Shown one piece after another: positions 46,098 to 54,957 of a DNA stretch of 64,000 bases. The position numbers and the translations under genes are program-made. The DNA comes from Bdellovibrionota bacterium (GTDB lineage: Bacteria > Bdellovibrionota > UBA1018 > CAIPTA01 > JAALKR01): assembly GCA_965207455.1 (NCBI GenBank), contig CBDBMJ010000001.1, forward strand, positions 322,514 to 386,513. Reading direction: 5' to 3'. Below the pieces are notes generated by a model that had not been told where the DNA came from, did not search any database, and saw only the letters and a program-made list of their open reading frames with translations. Positions within the stretch are counted from its first letter, which is position 1. Every line of letters starts with the position of its first letter.

Positions 46098-46931
46098 GTG
46101 AATAAAGAAGTAGAAAAATACAAGAGTGTGGAAAATGAAGAAAATAAATCTTCCAATGACTCATATAAATCGAAAGCGCCAAAAAATATTATTATAGAGG
46201 GTCTTACGAAAGAAGAGTTAGTTATTCGTTATGCTTATTTAGTGAAATATTTAGCTCAGAAATTGGTGGTGCGATTGCCGGCTAATATTGAATTAGATGA
46301 TTTAATTAGCGTGGGAGTAATGGGTTTGATAGATGCCATAGATAAATATGATCCAAACAGACAAAATAAGTTTAAAACTTACGCGGAGTTCAGAATTCGA
46401 GGTAGTATGCTGGATGAGCTTAGAGCTCAAGATTGGGCTCCCAGGAGCGTGAGGGAAAAATCCAAGCGATTAGAGCGGACTCATGCGCAATTGATGCAAA
46501 AAACAGGTAGACAAGCAACGGAAGAAGAGGTTCGTACAGAACTCAAAATGAATCGAAAAGAATACCATGACTTATTATATGAGATACGCACTGTATCATT
46601 AGTGAATTTTGAAGATATAGGGACTCTCAAAAAAGCAGATAAGAAAGCCGTAATGGATCTTGTGGATAAAGGAATAGTGCCTAATCCGCTGGCGGAAGCT
46701 AGCCGGAATAATATTAAGAAAGTAATAGAAAATGCTATTTATGCTTTACCTGAAAAACAAAGACTAGTTTTATCTTTATACTATTATGAGGAGCTTAATT
46801 TAAGAGAGATAGGAGGAATATTGAATGTGACTGAATCAAGAGTAAGTCAACTTCATACGCAAGCAATTGTTCGATTGAAATCTAGACTTAAAAATAGATT
46901 TGATGAATTTGTACAAATGTTTAATAAATAA
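46098..46931 (+). CDS. fliA: flagellar sigma factor sigma-28 (FliA/SigD)
   Basis: 277 aa, GTG start. Region 2 (…LISVGVMGLIDAIDKYDPNRQNKFKTYAEFRIRGSMLDELR…) and region 4 HTH (…YYEELNLREIGGILNVTESRVSQLHTQAI…). Confidence 0.85.
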   Translation: MNKEVEKYKSVENEENKSSNDSYKSKAPKNIIIEGLTKEELVIRYAYLVKYLAQKLVVRLPANIELDDLISVGVMGLIDAIDKYDPNRQNKFKTYAEFRIRGSMLDELRAQDWAPRSVREKSKRLERTHAQLMQKTGRQATEEEVRTELKMNRKEYHDLLYEIRTVSLVNFEDIGTLKKADKKAVMDLVDKGIVPNPLAEASRNNIKKVIENAIYALPEKQRLVLSLYYYEELNLREIGGILNVTESRVSQLHTQAIVRLKSRLKNRFDEFVQMFNK

Positions 46932-46942
46932 AATATTATTTC

Positions 46943-47998
46943 ATGAGACGCGACATACAAAAAAATATGGGAAGATTGGAAGAGCAATTAAGTGAGCTAG
47001 AGGCAATTGTACTTAATTGTCCTTTACAAGAAAACGCAAATAAGTTAATCGATAATATACAAACTGCAAAAATCCGATCGCAACATATTCGAGAAGAGAT
47101 AGAAGAAGATATACTGTGGGGAGAGTACCGTTCTTTGGAGGAATTTTGTGATAATTTATCTCGATTTATTATCAAGGAATCAAATAAAAAAGGAATTAAT
47201 ATTTCTTTGCTCACCCATTTTATAGGGAAAGTTCCAGAATCTATTTTGAATAAAGTAAAACCTATTTTGGAGAGTTTGTTATATATTTGTTTGGAACGAT
47301 TACGTGAAGAAGGGATTGAGAAAAGACTTGAAGGCAATAAATTTTCTTCCTCCACATTGCTTTTCCAAGCAACTAGTGATCATGACTGTTTTCGTGTGAA
47401 AATTATGGATGACGGACCGAAAGATGGCGAGAGTGTTGTGAGAGAAAAAATAGATTTTTCTAATATAGTTGAGCTTTCTGGAATTTACATGTTTCGAAAA
47501 TTAGAAAGATATGGATTAAATTTTGAATTGAAAATTCCCATTCCGAGAGTTCGTCCCTTGGCCTATATACTGAAGTGGGAAAGAGAAGTTTTTGCTATTC
47601 CAGGAATTTCTGTTATTGGGAAAATGGAAAAGCTGTATTTTTCTGATTTCTTTATTTCTGATGAAAAATTATTATGTTCTGTTAGATTTAAAAATGAAAA
47701 AATTCCTATTTTTATAGTAAAATCTGGTTTAGAGCGCTTAGATCAAGAAAAATTAAAATCCTATTCCACAGATTTCTTCTGTGTAATTGTGGTTGGAACA
47801 GTGGAGACAAAAATGGCTATTCTTACGGAAAAGATTCCTGATAGGCAAATGGTTCGTATGCAATTATTGGAAAAGGTATTATCTGATGATTCTTGGTATA
47901 AGGGCTTTGCAATGTTTGATGAAGAAGGTAAGGAAAAAGTGGTTCCTTTACTGGATAGTAAAAGTTTAGAAAATTACTGTAGGATGTATGGGATATGA
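46943..47998 (+). CDS. CheA-like protein lacking the HPt (P1) and P2 domains: helical N-terminus + degenerate HATPase (P4-like) + CheW-like (P5) domain
   Basis: 351 aa, 11 nt after fliA. LERLREEGIE…FRVKIMDDGPKDG mirrors the CheA N-box/G1 region (LVRNAVDHGIE…V.V.DDGRGID), but the catalytic Asn and His are replaced (R and E). …KIPIPRVRPLAYILKW EREVFAIPGISVIGKMEK…LLCSVRFKNEKIPIFIVKSGL…TDFFCVIVVGTVETKMAILTEKI… matches the CheA P4-P5 linker (LPLTLAII) and CheW-fold motifs (EYAIP…VLGVINLRGEVLPVIDL…). Confidence 0.5.
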   Translation: MRRDIQKNMGRLEEQLSELEAIVLNCPLQENANKLIDNIQTAKIRSQHIREEIEEDILWGEYRSLEEFCDNLSRFIIKESNKKGINISLLTHFIGKVPESILNKVKPILESLLYICLERLREEGIEKRLEGNKFSSSTLLFQATSDHDCFRVKIMDDGPKDGESVVREKIDFSNIVELSGIYMFRKLERYGLNFELKIPIPRVRPLAYILKWEREVFAIPGISVIGKMEKLYFSDFFISDEKLLCSVRFKNEKIPIFIVKSGLERLDQEKLKSYSTDFFCVIVVGTVETKMAILTEKIPDRQMVRMQLLEKVLSDDSWYKGFAMFDEEGKEKVVPLLDSKSLENYCRMYGI

Positions 47999-50295
47999 AA
48001 TCAGCTTCTGTTAACTCTAGCTTTACTTCCTATTTCTCTATTCTTTGCCTGTCAATCTTGCTTTTCTATGCTTTATTCTTGGTGTATGGCTCACTGAATG
48101 ATGCGTCTCGCCTTGGACTGGAGGCAACGAAAAAAGTAAGAGTTTTATCTGGCTTAAAAGAGACTTTTAAAAATATTGAAACTCCAAAAGATTATATTTC
48201 TGCACGTAAACAGCTAAAAAAGAAAAAATTTAATGGATTTATAAAAAAAGAATTAAAAGAGATTGAATCTTGGTCCAATAAGGCAGCACTATCGAATAAA
48301 ACCTTAATGAAAAACAAAAGGCTAGTTTTTTCTGAGATTTTTTCTCTGCATAAAAAAAATATTGTACCAAGAAAAATGCGACCTATAATTTCAAGATCTA
48401 TTCAAAATGTAAATAAATTATTTATATCCAATAGTCGCCCTGAGTTCATCTTGTTATTTACGGACACAGAAAAAGAAAAATTTTTGAAAATGAAAAAAAG
48501 TCTATCCAATTTGCCTAGGCGATCAATTTCGAGTATTGATTATGTGATTAATGCTTTGAATAAGTTAAGTAAATCTGCAAAGAAAAGTGTTTCCTTGGGA
48601 AAAAACAAGAAGAGTGCTGTAAGAAATATTAACATTGCATTGAGTAAGGAGATTTCGGGAATAGAGTCGAACTTATTAAAAAATATAAATCAATTGCAGA
48701 GAAATTTTTATTTGTTCTTAGTTGTTGTTATGTTTGTGATTTTTATGAGTATATTTGGTGTGAAAATGAGTGGAAAAAGCATTTCAGCAGCATTTAAAAA
48801 GAAAAAGAAAACACTCGGTCTTTACTTGAGCTTGTATGGTTATGATAAACCTGAAGAAGTACTTAAAGAAGTAGATAAGGTTATGGATGAAGATAAAGAC
48901 TGGAATGATTTTATACGAGAAGTTGCTTATCATGAGAAAAAGTTTATAGAAAAAAATTCAGCAGAACTTTCTTTGAGCAGGAGTACACATTTCCCATTTG
49001 TTGTTTTTTCTTCAGAAGGAAAGGCAATTTACTGGAATTCTCATTTAGTCCGTACTTTGGGCGTGGGTTCCTATGATGAGGTAGGTTCTCTTTCTTTGAA
49101 AGAGTTTTTTAATCAAAGTAGTTTCTTTGATAAAGATAGGAATTTTTTAGAATCCTTTCCTTTGCCTTATAATGAATTTAGTTCCATAAAAGAAATGGAA
49201 TGTTTGGATTTATTTTTAAGGACAACCAAACAAGAAATGTTGCCAATTCGAGCATATATATACCCAATAGATACAGGAAAATTATCTGGTGGTATTCTGG
49301 TAGGTTTTGAAGATAGGAGCGATGCGGAGGAAGAAATTTCAAGAAAAATCACTGAAACTATAATGATTTTAGATGATGTTATTACGGTGATTTCCGAAGA
49401 TAGCACCCAACCGCTACCGTATTTAGACTTAGAATCTGTATCTCCACAAGTATTACCATTACTGGAGAAATTTAAACGCTTGCAAATTCATTTGAATGAA
49501 AAAGCAGATATTTTTAGAAGTGAGTTGGCAGCAGTCTTGTCATACGTGCAAAAAGAGCAAGAAATTTTACACCATATTCACAGGGAGTCAGAGGATTTAA
49601 GCAGTAAGCAAGATATCTTGCATTCCGCATTAGAGCAATTGAATCGAACAGATGGAATTTTGTCAAAAAATTGTTCTCTTGCAGAGAATAGATTGGAGAA
49701 TTTAATTCAAAGATGGAAACGATTGACTGTCGATATTGAAAATAAAGATAAAGCTAATACTAAGGCGAAAAGCTATGAAAACCAAGTGCAAAAAGTAGTG
49801 GAACAAATGCAAGTATGGGTTAAAGCTTTTTCTGAAGCTGTGGAAGTTATGAGGGAATGTAGAGATTGGGTGAAATCAGAAGCTATTAACGTCAACTTAA
49901 ATGACAAGGAAAACAAAGATGTTTTTAGAGGGCGTGTGAGAAAATTCTCTATTTCAGTTTCTGAATTTTTTCATCAATTGGAAGCTGTGGAAAAAGACTT
50001 AAAAAGCTTTATTGATAAGCACCCGGGAGGAATGGACTTTTTGGGTATTGATAGTGGTGTGGATCTGAATCCAGTATTGGAAGAGATGAGTAAAACTTAT
50101 GAAGATATGGCACAGTACCTCGCACAGTGGAAAGATGGAAATCGAAATATTAAAGAGGCTAGTCAGAAAGCAGAAAAATTTCAAGAAATTATACAAAAGT
50201 ATGATTTAGAATTGAAGGTTCTCAATAAAAACTCCCTTGTTTTAAATGAGAATGCTTGCCAAAGCCTTGTGAGATGGAGTTCACCAAAGGCTTAG
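47995..50295 (+). CDS. receptor-like membrane protein: TM1 - ~200-aa periplasmic loop - TM2 - PAS-like domain - ~400-aa coiled coil, with no recognisable MCP signalling motif
   Basis: 766 aa. TM1 FSILCLSILLFYALFLVYG and TM2 FYLFLVVVMFVIFMSIFGV. A PAS-like segment …FPFVVFSSEGKAIYWNSHLVRTLGV…. Long heptad-rich C-terminus. Overlaps the upstream gene's stop by 4 nt, so it is probably co-translated. Confidence 0.45.
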   Translation: MKSASVNSSFTSYFSILCLSILLFYALFLVYGSLNDASRLGLEATKKVRVLSGLKETFKNIETPKDYISARKQLKKKKFNGFIKKELKEIESWSNKAALSNKTLMKNKRLVFSEIFSLHKKNIVPRKMRPIISRSIQNVNKLFISNSRPEFILLFTDTEKEKFLKMKKSLSNLPRRSISSIDYVINALNKLSKSAKKSVSLGKNKKSAVRNINIALSKEISGIESNLLKNINQLQRNFYLFLVVVMFVIFMSIFGVKMSGKSISAAFKKKKKTLGLYLSLYGYDKPEEVLKEVDKVMDEDKDWNDFIREVAYHEKKFIEKNSAELSLSRSTHFPFVVFSSEGKAIYWNSHLVRTLGVGSYDEVGSLSLKEFFNQSSFFDKDRNFLESFPLPYNEFSSIKEMECLDLFLRTTKQEMLPIRAYIYPIDTGKLSGGILVGFEDRSDAEEEISRKITETIMILDDVITVISEDSTQPLPYLDLESVSPQVLPLLEKFKRLQIHLNEKADIFRSELAAVLSYVQKEQEILHHIHRESEDLSSKQDILHSALEQLNRTDGILSKNCSLAENRLENLIQRWKRLTVDIENKDKANTKAKSYENQVQKVVEQMQVWVKAFSEAVEVMRECRDWVKSEAINVNLNDKENKDVFRGRVRKFSISVSEFFHQLEAVEKDLKSFIDKHPGGMDFLGIDSGVDLNPVLEEMSKTYEDMAQYLAQWKDGNRNIKEASQKAEKFQEIIQKYDLELKVLNKNSLVLNENACQSLVRWSSPKA

Positions 50296-50924
50296 CTAGA
50301 AAAACGGTTCCTCAGTGTAAAAACCAACTTTTGGACATTTTCCCTTAACTCAACCTCATTCCCCTCGTTAGGGATAATGTAGTCTGCATGTTTGATCTTT
50401 TCTTCCTCAGGCATCTGAGTCCTCATGATTTGCTTTATCTGTTCCACGGGCATTCCATTTCGAAGAGTGATTCGTTGGATGCGAAGATCTTCCGGTGCTG
50501 TAACACAGATAACGGCTTTAAGATGACTAGTGGATCCAGCCTCCAGTAGTACGGGAGCCTCGTAGATTATAATTTTCCCTGTGCTCTCTATGGCTAACTG
50601 TTGGGCTTTTTTGAGAGCCTGCCGTCGTATTTCAGGATGGAGGAGGGCTTCCAGTTGCTTGCGTTGTTCCGGATGGGTGAAAATTTTCTTTTTTAGCCAT
50701 GGTCGTTTCAGGGCTCCTTCATGATCAAGGGCCTGGGATCCAAAGATTTCTACAATTTTAGGAAGAATGGGGCTTTGGGGAGCAGTAATCTCACGGGCAA
50801 TACTGTCTGCATCTAAGGTGGGAAAACCAAGCTCTTCAAAAAATTTTCGCACAGTGGATTTGCCCGAACCAATCCCTCCAGTGAGGCCCACCATAATAGG
50901 GATATCTTTTATTGTTTTAGCCAC
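50292..50924 (-). CDS. coaE: dephospho-CoA kinase
   Basis: 210 aa. P-loop MVGLTGGIGSGKSTV, and size and fold typical of CoaE. Confidence 0.85.
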   Translation of the reverse strand: MAKTIKDIPIMVGLTGGIGSGKSTVRKFFEELGFPTLDADSIAREITAPQSPILPKIVEIFGSQALDHEGALKRPWLKKKIFTHPEQRKQLEALLHPEIRRQALKKAQQLAIESTGKIIIYEAPVLLEAGSTSHLKAVICVTAPEDLRIQRITLRNGMPVEQIKQIMRTQMPEEEKIKHADYIIPNEGNEVELRENVQKLVFTLRNRFSS

Positions 50925-51063
50925 AATATATTATTACATATAGTAGACACCAAAAACCTCCTTTATTTCTAAAGGAGGCTTAGGGTATCTTTTTTATCAA
51001 TAGTCACAATATATTATCAGGTATTTAAACACCGAAAACTCACTTTATTTCTAAAGAAGCTTT
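50922..51063. repeat. imperfect tandem duplication of an ~83-bp unit in the coaE-OAT intergenic region
   Basis: Unit 1 is cacaatatattattacatatagtagacaccaaaaacctcctttatttctaaaggaggctt…. Unit 2 is cacaatatattatcaggtatttaaacaccgaaaactcactttatttctaaagaagcttt…. Only unit 1 retains the hairpin. Confidence 0.4.
50950..50978 (-). terminator. rho-independent terminator of the ornithine aminotransferase gene
   Basis: Perfect 9-bp stem CCTCCTTTA-tttc-TAAAGGAGG, immediately followed on the minus strand by TTTTTG. It sits ~85 nt downstream of the OAT stop and inside an ~83-bp imperfect tandem duplication (50922-51063). Confidence 0.55.
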
Positions 51064-52387
51064 ATATATTACGATTATATTCCGCAAAAGTTTCTTGGAT
51101 AATTTTACATGCTCTAAGAATTTGTGCTTCTGTAATGACTAGAGGAGGTGCGAATCGAATAATCGTTTCGTGTATGGGTTTTGCTAGAAGACCATTTTTC
51201 TCTAGTTTCGCAGAAATATCCCATGCTGATATTTTCTTCTCTTCCTGAGAATAAAATTCAATAACATTGAACAGCCCCTTACCTCGAACTTCTTTAATCC
51301 AAGGGTATTTCATGGTGGACATTTCTTTACGAAATATGGCACCGAGAGTGCTTGAATTTTCAGCCAAGTTTTCCTCTTCTAGGATTTGTAGGGCAGCCAT
51401 GGTTGTGGAACAAGCAAGAGGATTTCCTCCGTATGTTGAGCCATGCTCTCCGGGTCTGAGACACGACATAATATCTTCATCCGCCAGTACCAAAGATACG
51501 GGAAAGGCCCCTCCAGACAGAGCTTTTCCAAGAATGAGGATATGGGGACGAACGTCCTCATGATCACAGGCTAACTTTCTCCCTGTTCTGCCTAATCCCG
51601 TCTGCACTTCATCCGCGATAAATAAAACATTCTTTTCTTCGCATAGTTGGAACGTTTTTCTTAGGTAGCCATCATCTGGCACAACTACGCCAGCCTCTCC
51701 TTGTATGGGTTCTAGTAGAATGCCTGCAACATTAGGATCCTGTAGAGCTTCTTCCACAGCATTTATATTATTGTAAGGAATAATTTCAATTCCAGGTAGG
51801 AACGGACCAAAGCCATCTCGCACAAAAGAATAAGTGGAACCAGAAACAACGGCTAGGGTTCGTCCATGGAAGTTTCCTTCCATAAATATAATTTTAGCTT
51901 GATTCTTTGGAATTCCTTTCTTTCTATAGGCCCATTGTCGGCATAATTTTAGAGCAGTTTCCACACCTTCCGCACCTGTGTTCATGGGATACATTTGCTG
52001 GTAGTTGAAAAAATTTGTGACAAACTTTTCATACTCTTCAAATGTATCATTATGAAAAGCACGGGAAGTAAGCATTAATTTTTCTGCTTGACTCTTTAGT
52101 GCTTCAAGTATTTTCGGGTGGCAATGACCTTGGTTTATGGTGGAGTAGGCAGAGTGGAAATCAAAGTATTTTTTATTTTCCACATCCCATACATAAATCC
52201 CCTCGCCTCGATTGAGTGTAACAGGGATTGTTCGGTAGTTATGAGCTCCATAACTTTCTTTTGATTCTGTATTATTTTTATTAAGTACAACAGGCGTTGT
52301 CTTACAGTTATGAGACCCATAACTGTTTTCTGAAGTATTATCCACCGGACCCTCCCCACCACATGGGCGTAGGATTCCCCATAGCAA
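51062..52387 (-). CDS. rocD: ornithine aminotransferase (class-III PLP aminotransferase)
   Basis: …NYRTIPVTLNRGEGIYVWDVENKKYFDFHSAYSTINQGHCHPKILEAL…LMLTSRAFHND… and …ILLEPIQGEAGVVVP… are OAT/ArgD-family signatures. The N-terminal ~60 aa of the ORF contain an internal duplication, so the true start is likely downstream of 52387. Confidence 0.8.
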   Translation of the reverse strand: MLWGILRPCGGEGPVDNTSENSYGSHNCKTTPVVLNKNNTESKESYGAHNYRTIPVTLNRGEGIYVWDVENKKYFDFHSAYSTINQGHCHPKILEALKSQAEKLMLTSRAFHNDTFEEYEKFVTNFFNYQQMYPMNTGAEGVETALKLCRQWAYRKKGIPKNQAKIIFMEGNFHGRTLAVVSGSTYSFVRDGFGPFLPGIEIIPYNNINAVEEALQDPNVAGILLEPIQGEAGVVVPDDGYLRKTFQLCEEKNVLFIADEVQTGLGRTGRKLACDHEDVRPHILILGKALSGGAFPVSLVLADEDIMSCLRPGEHGSTYGGNPLACSTTMAALQILEEENLAENSSTLGAIFRKEMSTMKYPWIKEVRGKGLFNVIEFYSQEEKKISAWDISAKLEKNGLLAKPIHETIIRFAPPLVITEAQILRACKIIQETFAEYNRNI

Positions 52388-52720
52388 ATCCCGGAGTAAA
52401 TCCCAGAGTAAAAGTTGAACTCACATTCAATTTCGATAGTTTCGATAGTTTTAGTTTTTTCGTTTTCATAATCTTTCCTTTCTTTGTTAAAAATTAATTT
52501 GATCAGTGCGTCTAATAGAGATTTTTTTATAAATCAATACTTTTATTTTCTCTGTAAGGTCGAAATTAAAATTTTACACCCTCTAGCAAAATGAAAATTT
52601 CACAACACGACGCGTAACTACTTTTGTTTTTAAATAATATGTACATTATGTTGCGCAATATAAAAGCATTCGATTTTTCAGGAAAGATTATCGTATCGTT
52701 TGCGCATAGTTCAACACTGA

Positions 52721-52750
52721 AAGTCAAAGACTTAAAAGTCAAAGACTTAA
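52721..52750. repeat. 15-bp perfect tandem repeat (aagtcaaagacttaa x2)
   Basis: Seen directly, within a ~760-bp AT-rich ORF-free stretch. Confidence 0.5.
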
Positions 52751-53278
52751 ATGTGTTTTGTCGACTGCGCCAGCATAGAGCATTATTTAATAGATCGCAA
52801 AAGTTGTGATTATTACCTTAAACACCGTAATTCATTTACTGGGGGTAGGGCTGTTGAGGACTCCGGCTGTTAAAAGCCTATTCAAACGCCTCTTCTGACC
52901 AAAATCTCCGGTTGAAGTTAGATAAAATTACTTTATTATATTTTTTCTGCTCCATTTTGATTTCCTCCGTAAATTCAAGCTTGTTACAAAAGATTACGGA
53001 GCTAAAGTACCTAATTATAGCAAAAGTAATTAGATTTAAAGAAAAAAATATTGACACTAAATTGAAAAGTGTATAGTAATGCCTTTAACGGAGGGGGCAT
53101 ATGGTGTGTCCTTTTAAAATTAAAAAATTAAATTAGAAAGGAAAGAAAGTTATGAACAACAAAACAAAAAATAATGCGCTATGGTTAACTGTTTTTTTTG
53201 CAGGGGTAGGACTGGTGTCAACTAGTTTTGCATTTGACGAAGGAGCTGAAGATTTGAGGGAGCGATCTCTGAATAATT

Positions 53279-54628
53279 CTAGAAGGATTGTATCTGAGCC
53301 TCTATTTTCCACAGCCTCCTATAAGAAGATAGAAGCTCTTTAGGTGTTGCCTCTTCTATATTCGTACAAAGACCGGCAATACCATCCCATTTTCTATCTT
53401 CCTCGATTATTTTTTTATTTACAGCCACGCTGCCCTTAGATTTTTCCAGAAATCGTCCAATACCTCTATTTTGAGTAAGTTTTTTTGTATCAATGGTGCC
53501 GTCTTTTCCTTTTAATTTTTCTATCACACTCAAGATCTTCTCTCTCTTATATGCATCGTGTGCAGCTCTCTTTTGAGAATAAACTGCTACCACTCGTCTC
53601 CCATCATTGCAGAACTCGAATACGCTCCTATCTTCATCTATAGCGTTATAGTTATTTAAATTCAAAACTTCCTCCTGTAGCTTCTTCGTCATTTTCCTCA
53701 AAGGACAAGAGATAATATACTCCATAGAACGCTCACCATGATCTTCTTTATCTTCAAAATAAGAGAAGTTCTTTTTTGAGAACATTGCTTTATCCGCAGT
53801 CACTCGAATTTTATTTAATTTATATTTCTTCTTAATTTTTTCTAGGCAATGGATAAACGTTTTTGTTTCTGCGGTATTGCCTGGGAATACCTCATAACTA
53901 ATTGGTAAGCCATCGGAGTCTGTAAGCAGTGCAAGCACCACTTGTACTTCTTTAAATTTACTATCCTTGCTGAAACCAAAGTTTTTTAAATCTGTCACAT
54001 TCGTATTTTCAAAGTATAGTGTCGTTACATCAAATAGCATAATATCTAAAGCCTGACTCTTATCTATCATTTTCCTTGATAATTTAGCCTTGATTTCCTC
54101 TTCTCTCTCAGAAAGATGGTCCATCATTCTGAGTATCTGGCTATGAGAGGATTGCATTTCAAATCTATCTAACATTACTTGGATAGATCTGCGTTTACTA
54201 GATGGCTCAACATATCTGGCAAGCACGCAGTATTTCAAAACTTTGTTCCACTCTCTATCTTTTCTAGTATTTGAAATGATTTCATTAAGACCTAGCTGAT
54301 CATAAATGAAACCGAGAATATCCGGAATACCATCATTAATAGCATCCCTCCCCTCAAGGTAACAAAGGCTTGTGGTAAGTGGAAGAGGAATGGGTTCTTG
54401 CTTTTGCTTTGTTTCCATTTCTGCTTTTATATTCAAAGCAATTTTTTTATAATACTCTATCATTTGTGGATCCTTGGATTGACCCACTGTTTTGATTATT
54501 TCCTGCCTAACTTTTCCATTTATTCTGTATCCACGAACTAGGCGAACAACCGTATTATGGCAAAATAAAAATAATATTTTATTTTTTAAAGACGATGCTG
54601 ACAAAATGTTTTTTCTATTACGACACAA
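53279..54628 (-). mobile_element. IS1634/IS4-family DDE transposase gene, 3'-truncated (IS remnant)
   Basis: 449 aa. N-terminus …YRINGKVRQEIIKTVG…. DDE triad contexts DVTTLYFE, VTADKAM and C-terminal YRRLWKIEAQIQSF (the Y-x2-R-x3-E signature). The ORF stops immediately after this motif, whereas intact family members continue for ~80-100 aa. No further ORF follows downstream, and inverted repeats were not identifiable by eye. Confidence 0.65.
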
Positions 54629-54902
54629 AAAAGTTTGGAATCTTTTTGAGATAAGGTCATAGTTACTATTAAATGACCATTAACCACACACCACAATAGG
54701 GAAACATTTCCAGGATCCCCCGACCCTTAAAATTTTCGATTAAAATACTATTCTCGATCCGCAATAACGCATCGACCTATTTCTTTATTGTTGTTCCCAG
54801 CATATTTTGAGGCAAATATACACGGTTTTCGTATTTATATTTCTTTTTTTATGAAAATACACTGTGTTTTCCTGTATTTTCCCAATTAAATGAGGCAGTT
54901 TT

Positions 54903-54930
54903 TAACTTTTTATTTTATGGTTGCCGATAG
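54903..54930 (+). promoter_or_regulatory. possible sigma-28-type promoter TAACTTTT-N12-GCCGATAG upstream of the pgpH-like gene
   Basis: The -10 GCCGATAG matches the FliA consensus GCCGATAA in 7 of 8 positions. The -35 TAAC and a 16-nt spacing are slightly off consensus. It lies 28 nt before the ATG at 54958. Confidence 0.3.
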
Positions 54931-54957
54931 AGCATACAGGAGAAGGTAGAGTTTATT

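Noticed and set aside
47995-50295. Calling the 766-aa protein a methyl-accepting chemotaxis protein
   Set aside because: The topology is MCP-like, but I cannot find the highly conserved signalling-hairpin motif (…QTNLLALNAAIEAARAGE…GFAVVA…) or methylation-helix consensus. It is therefore reported as receptor-like only.
52721-52750. Tandem 15-bp repeat considered as a possible CRISPR or minisatellite
   Set aside because: Only two units with no spacers and no cas genes. It is too short to be a CRISPR array and is kept only as a minor repeat.
53152-53343. 63-aa ORF with a signal-peptide-like N-terminus overlapping the 3' end of the transposase remnant
   Set aside because: It lies antisense within degenerate IS sequence and has only a weak promoter-like context. 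It is most likely fortuitous, though a small secreted peptide cannot be excluded.
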